Positions 57,982-64,000 of a stretch of 64,000 nucleotides of DNA are shown here, in pieces. The position numbers and the translations under genes are program-made. Each line of letters starts with the position of its first letter. The first letter of the stretch is position 1. Location: the NCBI GenBank assembly GCA_043756865.1, contig JAYUQG010000014.1:2349-66348 (forward strand), given 5' to 3'. The DNA is from a bacterium (GTDB lineage Bacteria > Patescibacteriota > Minisyncoccia > Phycocordibacterales > UBA6899). Under the pieces are notes generated by a model. The model saw only the letters and a list, made by a program, of their open reading frames with translations, ran no database searches and was not told where the DNA came from.

Positions 57982-60276
57982 CTAGAACCACTGTGCGATG
58001 TAGTCAGAAAACGGCTGCGTGATGCCACGATAGCCCTTTGCCATCATCACCGTCTTTCTCCGGCAATTTTTCGCGACTTGCTCTGGAACAGAACCAATCC
58101 CAATTACCTGCGTAATGCCGCCACGTGCAGCAGGAAGCAAGACCACATCCGAACCTGAGGCGGCCTTGAGAATGCCGGAGGCAAGATAGTCGGAATACAC
58201 AAGTTGTGAAGTGACATTCTGATCTTTGATTTTTAGCTCACGCACACGCTCCTCAAGAACCTTGCGATAGTATGCATCACTTTTACCGCGTACGTCTTCA
58301 GGTACAACCATGGCCACCGTCACTTTTGAACCATAGGTATGACAGAGCGCGGTTGCCACTTTGCCGGTGAATCGCAAATTTGGATTCCCGTCCACGGCAA
58401 CTGGAATGAACACCTGTTCCATCTTTGGTGTTGTGCCGAGCTTCACGGTAAGCAGGTCGCACTTAGCACGATGCAGTACCACGTCAATCTTCCTTCCAAA
58501 AATAAACCCTTTGGTGTCGACACCTCCATCCCAATTTAAAATAACGAGGTCAGCGTTCTCAGAAGCAACGGTTTCAAGAATTGCATCGGGGATGGAGTGT
58601 GCCGCAACAATACGCGTGTCGACGTTTTGCCGCTTACGTGACATATTCTCTTCTATTTCTTCGAGTACACGCTTCTCTCGTGAAGACTGAAATGCGTCGT
58701 CAACATGGTCACCCGCATGTATTTCGTGAATTTTTAGTGCAATTAAGTCACCTCCTTCTTCTTTGGTCATTGCAGAGGCAATGTCTGCAAAGGCTTGCCA
58801 GTTGCGTTCATCCCCCACAGGAAGGACAACTCTGTACTCACTCTTGGGGTGAAATCGTGTTGAATGCTCATACACAACATCGCGTGCGTGGTCTTCTCGT
58901 CTAATGCGTTTTGCATAACCAAGATAGTTGACGAGTCCGATGAGAATCCAAATCAACAGAAAATAAAGTGCGGTTGTCGACACGTGGAAGAGTGCGATAC
59001 CCAAGAGTCCGTACAAGAATACTGCAAACAAGGGGAGGACTGGCTCAAACGGTACCACATACTGCCAGCGTGCCTCGGGTTTTTGTCGGCGTAGCTGCAC
59101 ATATGCGTAATTGAGTTGCATAAAAAGTACAATAAAGAGAATACTTGCCGCACTCGCAATGTCCTGGAGTGGCAACGCGACGGCCACGAGAATAATTGCA
59201 ATAAGGGAAGCTATGAGTGCACGCGCAGGAATGTAGTTAACAGGGTGCATGACACCAAGTCCCGCGAAGACAAGCTTGTCTCGCCCAAGCGAGAAAAGTA
59301 CACGTGAGGAGGAGTAGATAGTTGCATTCAGTGCAGCAAGGTTCGCCAAGAGTCCCGCCACCAACATAATAATGTACCCAAATGGCATAAACTGCTCGGC
59401 AGACTCGATGATTGCCCGTTCGTGCACTGTACCCAAGAACTGCCACGAGGGTTCACCTGCGGAACCCGCTGTTGCGCCTGTAATAACAATCGCGATGAGC
59501 ACATAAATAATTGATACGACTGCCCACGAACTAAAGAGTCCAATTTTTAGCACACGTGCAGGGTTTTCAACCTCCTCACCGGTTTGAGCCTGGATTTCTG
59601 ATCCCTCAAACGCGATATAAAACAGGCCCGCAGCCTGTATGACACCCGCCAACCCCATAGGAAGAAGAGGAGTGAAATTGTGCACTGCCAATGCAGTATT
59701 TCCAATCATTGACTTGAGTCCTGAGACAATATAGAGGAAAAGAATGGCGAGTATTATGACTGCGATACCACCTCCCACTTTGCCAGAAAGTTGTACGCCT
59801 CGGTAGTTAATAAGCCCAAAAAGCAAAATGACACCAACAGTAAACAATGTTGCCCATGTGTCGTAAGTGAATAGGGCCGACGGGAGAGCAAGAAAATCAA
59901 ATAAAAATTCTTCGAGAAAAAATCCAAACGATACTGCATAGAGCGCACAGGCCACCGCAGACGCCATCCATGAACACCAGCCAGAAAGAAAACCGCTGAG
60001 ATCGCCCAGGCCTTCACGGACCCAATGATATCCCCCACCCGCCTGAGGAAACGTCGTCGCAAGCGCCACATACGCGTTCAAATTTATAAATGCAATACCC
60101 GCACCGAGGAGCATTGCAAATACAAGGCCTCCTCCCGCAATTCCCGACACAGTGCCAAGCAATGTAAACACGCCACCACCAAGCAGTGCGCCAATACCGA
60201 GGAGTGTCACTTCCGGTATGCCAAGGGAGCGAGCGAGTGTCGGGTCAGTTGATTGCTGCTTGCGATGGTTGTTCAT
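57982..60276 (-). CDS. APC-family amino-acid permease fused to two universal-stress-protein domains
   Basis: GALLGGGVF, FPQAGGGY, FEGSE, ~12 TM. C-terminal VVLPV...ADLVIL...AKCDLLTVK and second USP-like unit. Confidence 0.9.
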   Translation of the reverse strand: MNNHRKQQSTDPTLARSLGIPEVTLLGIGALLGGGVFTLLGTVSGIAGGGLVFAMLLGAGIAFINLNAYVALATTFPQAGGGYHWVREGLGDLSGFLSGWCSWMASAVACALYAVSFGFFLEEFLFDFLALPSALFTYDTWATLFTVGVILLFGLINYRGVQLSGKVGGGIAVIILAILFLYIVSGLKSMIGNTALAVHNFTPLLPMGLAGVIQAAGLFYIAFEGSEIQAQTGEEVENPARVLKIGLFSSWAVVSIIYVLIAIVITGATAGSAGEPSWQFLGTVHERAIIESAEQFMPFGYIIMLVAGLLANLAALNATIYSSSRVLFSLGRDKLVFAGLGVMHPVNYIPARALIASLIAIILVAVALPLQDIASAASILFIVLFMQLNYAYVQLRRQKPEARWQYVVPFEPVLPLFAVFLYGLLGIALFHVSTTALYFLLIWILIGLVNYLGYAKRIRREDHARDVVYEHSTRFHPKSEYRVVLPVGDERNWQAFADIASAMTKEEGGDLIALKIHEIHAGDHVDDAFQSSREKRVLEEIEENMSRKRQNVDTRIVAAHSIPDAILETVASENADLVILNWDGGVDTKGFIFGRKIDVVLHRAKCDLLTVKLGTTPKMEQVFIPVAVDGNPNLRFTGKVATALCHTYGSKVTVAMVVPEDVRGKSDAYYRKVLEERVRELKIKDQNVTSQLVYSDYLASGILKAASGSDVVLLPAARGGITQVIGIGSVPEQVAKNCRRKTVMMAKGYRGITQPFSDYIAQWF

Positions 60277-60494
60277 GGTTGTGGGTCATCGCATCTTAGG
60301 CGACAGAGCAAAAGAGTCAATGTCGAAACAGGGTGATTATACATCGCTTCCCACTACATGGGGAAGGCACGCAACACAAGAAACGCAACAATAGTGTTTG
60401 AGCCTTTAATAGGCAATGTGTCAATATTTTTGACCGCTATTCGAACGTTAAACTTTCTTATAATATAGAGAGTAATTAATCGCATTTACTTATC

Positions 60495-62489
60495 ATGACA
60501 AAAAAGCATGTTTGGATTGGAGTTATTGCACTCGTCGTTCTCGCAGGTGGTATCGCATTCACTTTCTCAGGGGATGCAACAGTTATAACAAAAGACACAT
60601 CTATTGCAGGCGACTTTGCTGTGCCCGGAGGCAAACATATCGTTATAAAAAACGGCGCAACACTCACCGTAGAAGGTAACCTAACGGTTGACGGCATGCT
60701 CTCCTGCCAAGATGGTGCACTATCCTTGCGTGTGGGAGGAGACCTCTTGGTAAACGGAACGGTTGACTGTCTGCTTGTCGAAAGTGGCGCGAAAAAAACC
60801 ACAGGAGTAAGCATTGCAATTGCCGCAGGTCATGTTGAGTTCGGTGAAGCCTCGACGCTTATTACGAACGGGCATATTGATATTGTGGGTGACAGCGCGA
60901 AACTGCTCGGGAGTGCAGCGGCGATTTCTGCACTTTATGACGAGACAATCGTTGACAGCGGAAGTACTCCACGCATCGGTCCGATGGTCGCAGAGAATCC
61001 CACTCGGAAGATTACTGCATTCAAAGGTGTGCGTACTGCGTCAGTAAACACCATTTCCGCAACTGATGAGACGGGGGGTTCTATTATTCCACGCGCATAC
61101 GCACACGGTGGAGACGATGCTGAAATCGGGGTTCGAAATGTCATATTGCGCGGTACGTGGCATGTTGGTGACGGCACTCCCCCGCCCGCTCATCTCGACC
61201 TCCCGACACCACCGAAGAATGTGAAAAAAATATTGGTGCACTTTGACTTTGGAGATAACGGAAAAATGAAAATTGCCAACTTCCGACTTATAGGGCCAGA
61301 TGGCGCGGATGGCGAAGGTGACATCGATGCATCTTGTGTAGCACGAGGGAGCGACGGTGAAAATGCAATGCGCATGCGCGCAAATGCGGGAAACATCAGC
61401 ATCAATGAATTTACACTTGAGCTTGGGGCAGGCGGTAATGGCGGAGCAGCAGCAACCTCAAATGACTGTGCAGATGGAGTGGCGCAAGGTGGAGCTGGTG
61501 GCGAAGCGGGCAACTTTAAAATGACCGCAACTGAATCAATCGATATAAAAAGCTTTCACCTTGTTCCGGGGGTTGGAGGAAATGGCGGTGACGCTACGGC
61601 AACGGGAAAAGACGGTGCAGATGCATGCCCGGGTACGGCTGGCGGCAATGCGACCGCAACCGGAGGCGTAGGTGGCGCAAACAAAAAAGAACTTTCGGCC
61701 CTTGGTGCCGTAAGCGGAATCGAGAGCGTTACTATTGATCGAGTGAAGGGCGGCATGGGTGGGAATGCGCTTGCAAACCCCGGTCGAGGTGGTGATGGAA
61801 CCGCATGTAATTGCGCTGGGGGTAAAGGTGGAGATGGAAAAGCGACGGGAGGCAGGGGTGGCGAAGCGACGGCATCCGCACCAGCAAGTACAGTGGAATC
61901 ACATGGCGGTGATGGGGGCGACGCTACAGCAGAAGGTGGAGGTGGTGGTCTTGGAGGACACTGCCCACTTAAACCCGCGGGTGGCAACGGGGGAAATGGG
62001 GGTAGTGCGGACGCCACGGCAGGAAAGTTTGGAAAAGGAAAAACTGTTAACGGCAATGACGGTGACATAAAAAATGAAAAGGGTGGTGACGGTGGAAATG
62101 GTGGTGACGGATGTGGCCCGGGCAAAGGAGGAAGAGGTGGACTCGGTGCACCACTCGGCACACCCGGCAAGGATGGTACAAAGATTTGCACAGAAGAGGA
62201 TAAGAAAATCATGGTAGTCCCGGGCGGTGGAGGAGTTACTCCACCCGAGCCAAAAGTAGACCCGATAACCACTCCACAAATCAAAGCGATTCTTTTTAGG
62301 GGAAAATACCTTCCCGTAGATCAACTCATTATTGAGAACGAAGCAGGCTGCGGTGCAGAGCACTGGCACGCAGAGGGTGGGGTGGTTGAAGCGACAGACA
62401 AATCAATGATAGAAGACCCCGGACCCCTATGTGGATACGGAAAAGTGAAAAACAACCCCACTGTATTAGTTCCTGCATCCATCGAGTAA
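60495..62489 (+). CDS. Secreted/anchored glycine-rich protein (PGRS-like GGxGG repeats)
   Basis: N-terminal TM, beta-helix-like start, long GGxGGxA tract with paired Cys, C-terminal CGAEHWH...CGYG. Confidence 0.8.
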   Translation: MTKKHVWIGVIALVVLAGGIAFTFSGDATVITKDTSIAGDFAVPGGKHIVIKNGATLTVEGNLTVDGMLSCQDGALSLRVGGDLLVNGTVDCLLVESGAKKTTGVSIAIAAGHVEFGEASTLITNGHIDIVGDSAKLLGSAAAISALYDETIVDSGSTPRIGPMVAENPTRKITAFKGVRTASVNTISATDETGGSIIPRAYAHGGDDAEIGVRNVILRGTWHVGDGTPPPAHLDLPTPPKNVKKILVHFDFGDNGKMKIANFRLIGPDGADGEGDIDASCVARGSDGENAMRMRANAGNISINEFTLELGAGGNGGAAATSNDCADGVAQGGAGGEAGNFKMTATESIDIKSFHLVPGVGGNGGDATATGKDGADACPGTAGGNATATGGVGGANKKELSALGAVSGIESVTIDRVKGGMGGNALANPGRGGDGTACNCAGGKGGDGKATGGRGGEATASAPASTVESHGGDGGDATAEGGGGGLGGHCPLKPAGGNGGNGGSADATAGKFGKGKTVNGNDGDIKNEKGGDGGNGGDGCGPGKGGRGGLGAPLGTPGKDGTKICTEEDKKIMVVPGGGGVTPPEPKVDPITTPQIKAILFRGKYLPVDQLIIENEAGCGAEHWHAEGGVVEATDKSMIEDPGPLCGYGKVKNNPTVLVPASIE

Positions 62490-62514
62490 TTAGGAGGAAG
62501 AAATACAGTGCCTG

Positions 62515-62541
62515 AAACACCCCTACACCTAGGGGTGTTTT
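62515..62541 (+). terminator. Intrinsic terminator
   Basis: aaacacccct-acacct-aggggtgtttt. Confidence 0.75.
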
Positions 62542-62623
62542 CGTGTATCAAATCTTCTCCTGCTCATCCTCTGGAAAAACAAAACCCGAATAGTCCTTGG
62601 ATGCTTCATTTATAAGCACATAT

Positions 62624-62652
62624 TTGCATAGCGAACGATTGTTCGCTATCCT
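62624..62652 (+). promoter_or_regulatory. Sigma-70 promoter with overlapping LexA operator (GAAC-N4-GTTC)
   Basis: TTGCAT-17 nt-TATCCT; palindrome ATAGCGAAC-gatt-GTTCGCTAT at 62628-62649. Confidence 0.85.
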
Positions 62653-62658
62653 CTACTA

Positions 62659-63225
62659 ATGGACGAACACCACAAAAAACACATACTGCAGTTCCACGAA
62701 AAACATCAACGGATGCCCTCGTACAGTGAACTCATGGGGCAAACAGGTTTCACCTCACGTGCCTCAATCTTTAAGCTCATTCGTCGACTTACGGAAGAGC
62801 GGTTCCTCACAAAAGACGCACACGGGCATATTGCCCCTGGTAGTACGTGGGGAGGCCTGCGCGTACTTGGGTTGGTCGAGGCAGGCTTCGCATCCCCCGC
62901 CGAAGAAGACCGCGGAGACAGACTTTCGCTTGATGAATTTTTGATACCCGACCGAGACGCGTCATACATGCTCCGTGTCAAAGGCGACTCAATGAAAGAC
63001 GCGGGAATTGTTGACGGAGACATGGTCATTGTAGAGCGCGGAGCACAAGCCAAGGTCGGGTCAATCGTCATTGCCGAAGTAGATGGCGGCTGGACGATGA
63101 AATATTATCGCACCAAAGGAGGCAAGCCATATCTTGAGGCAGCAAATAGCGCATATAAACCCATCTACCCCACCCAAGATTTAACCATCGCAGCGGTTGT
63201 GCGCGCTGTTGTTCGTAAGTACTAG
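62659..63225 (+). CDS. lexA: LexA-family repressor (wHTH plus S24 peptidase)
   Basis: MPSYSEL wHTH, VEAGFASPA cleavage site, GDSM Ser, TMK Lys. Confidence 0.9.
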   Translation: MDEHHKKHILQFHEKHQRMPSYSELMGQTGFTSRASIFKLIRRLTEERFLTKDAHGHIAPGSTWGGLRVLGLVEAGFASPAEEDRGDRLSLDEFLIPDRDASYMLRVKGDSMKDAGIVDGDMVIVERGAQAKVGSIVIAEVDGGWTMKYYRTKGGKPYLEAANSAYKPIYPTQDLTIAAVVRAVVRKY

Positions 63226-63237
63226 CACCTTGTACAC

Positions 63238-64000
63238 ATGCGTACGCAACACCACACAGCGTTTACAAAAAACGTCTTTCCGAAAGCAATCCTCCACCTC
63301 GACGGCGACGGATTTTTCGCAGGCTGCGAAGTTGCAAAAGACCATCGACTCCAAGGAAAGCCCGTAGTGGTTGGACGCGAGCGCGGGATGGCAATTGCGA
63401 TGAGCAATGAGGCAAAGGTGCGCGGGGTGAAACGGGGCATGACGCTTCGCGAAGCAAAGGGCGTCTGCCCCGACGTTATTTTTCTAGATGCGGACCACGA
63501 GAGCTACGGACTCTTCTCGGGGCGCATGAACAACATCATCGAGCGGTACACGCCATTGATTGAACGCTACTCAATCGATGAATCATTTGCTGACCTCTCC
63601 GGCATGCGACTTCCCACGCATCAATCTTATAGAGCGGTTGCTGAAGATATAAAATCCACGCTCAAACGCGAACTAGGAATGACCTTCTCGCTCGGTATCG
63701 CCTCCACAAAAGTGCTCGCAAAAGTAGGTTCGAAGTTCAAGAAGCCTGACGGCTTAACCATTATCCCAAACCCCGACATACCCCATTATCTGGCACAGGT
63801 CGCAATCGGCGACGTATGGGGAATCGGGCGGCAAACCACTGCGTATCTCGAGGGGTACGGAATCAAAACGGCGCACGACTTCACAGAGAAAACGTTTGTG
63901 TGGGTGCAAACCCACCTTGCAAAACCGTATCGAGAAATCTGGCATGAACTCCGAGGAGAGAGTGTGCTTGAATTGCAGATAGGCGCACGGCCAGAGGAGC
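63238..64000 (+). CDS. dinB: Y-family DNA polymerase (DinB/UmuC-like), runs off window; missing from ORF track
   Basis: Manual translation: ILHLDGDGFFAGCE...GKPVVVG...SNEAK..GV...YSIDESFADL...STKVLAKVGSKFKKPDG...VWGIG. Confidence 0.9.
   Translation, partial: MRTQHHTAFTKNVFPKAILHLDGDGFFAGCEVAKDHRLQGKPVVVGRERGMAIAMSNEAKVRGVKRGMTLREAKGVCPDVIFLDADHESYGLFSGRMNNIIERYTPLIERYSIDESFADLSGMRLPTHQSYRAVAEDIKSTLKRELGMTFSLGIASTKVLAKVGSKFKKPDGLTIIPNPDIPHYLAQVAIGDVWGIGRQTTAYLEGYGIKTAHDFTEKTFVWVQTHLAKPYREIWHELRGESVLELQIGARPEE

Noticed and set aside
1-64000. UGA recoding (code 25) or prophage
   Set aside because: TGA terminates well-formed genes and long ORFs are intact in code 11. No capsid, terminase or integrase genes; the tail-fibre-like repeats are internal to an exported protein.

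Overview
This is a bacterial window with the hallmarks of a Patescibacteria/Parcubacteria (CPR) genome: genetic code 11, many apparently leaderless genes and Thr/Ser-rich giant exported proteins. The taxonomy is an inference. About 52 kb (1-52.4 kb, minus strand) forms one surface-structure locus that resolves into two parallel modules. Each module has (i) a very large adhesin (6246 aa or 1790 aa) that shares its C-terminal domain with (ii) a small secreted subunit, (iii) membrane-anchored DUF916/WxL-interacting-like Ig proteins, (iv) a dockerin protein carrying a match to the subunit's candidate donor strand (system II: the whole N-terminal domain) but not its C-terminal domain, and (v) a cohesin protein. 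This pattern suggests an usher-less, sortase-less donor-strand fibre anchored by cohesin-dockerin binding. Two families of structured intergenic repeats are scattered through the locus: a three-way-junction element with clear covariation, and a TA-flanked ~132 bp palindrome. Five of the six full copies touch stop codons, and four lie beside intercalated foreign-looking genes. DnaA-box-like 9-mers cluster in the locus promoters. The last 12 kb holds housekeeping and scavenging genes (NUDIX, RRM, SIMPL, pepA, APC-USP permease), a glycine-rich secreted protein and a lexA-dinB cassette with a GAAC-N4-GTTC operator. All domain calls were made by eye from motifs; no searches were run.
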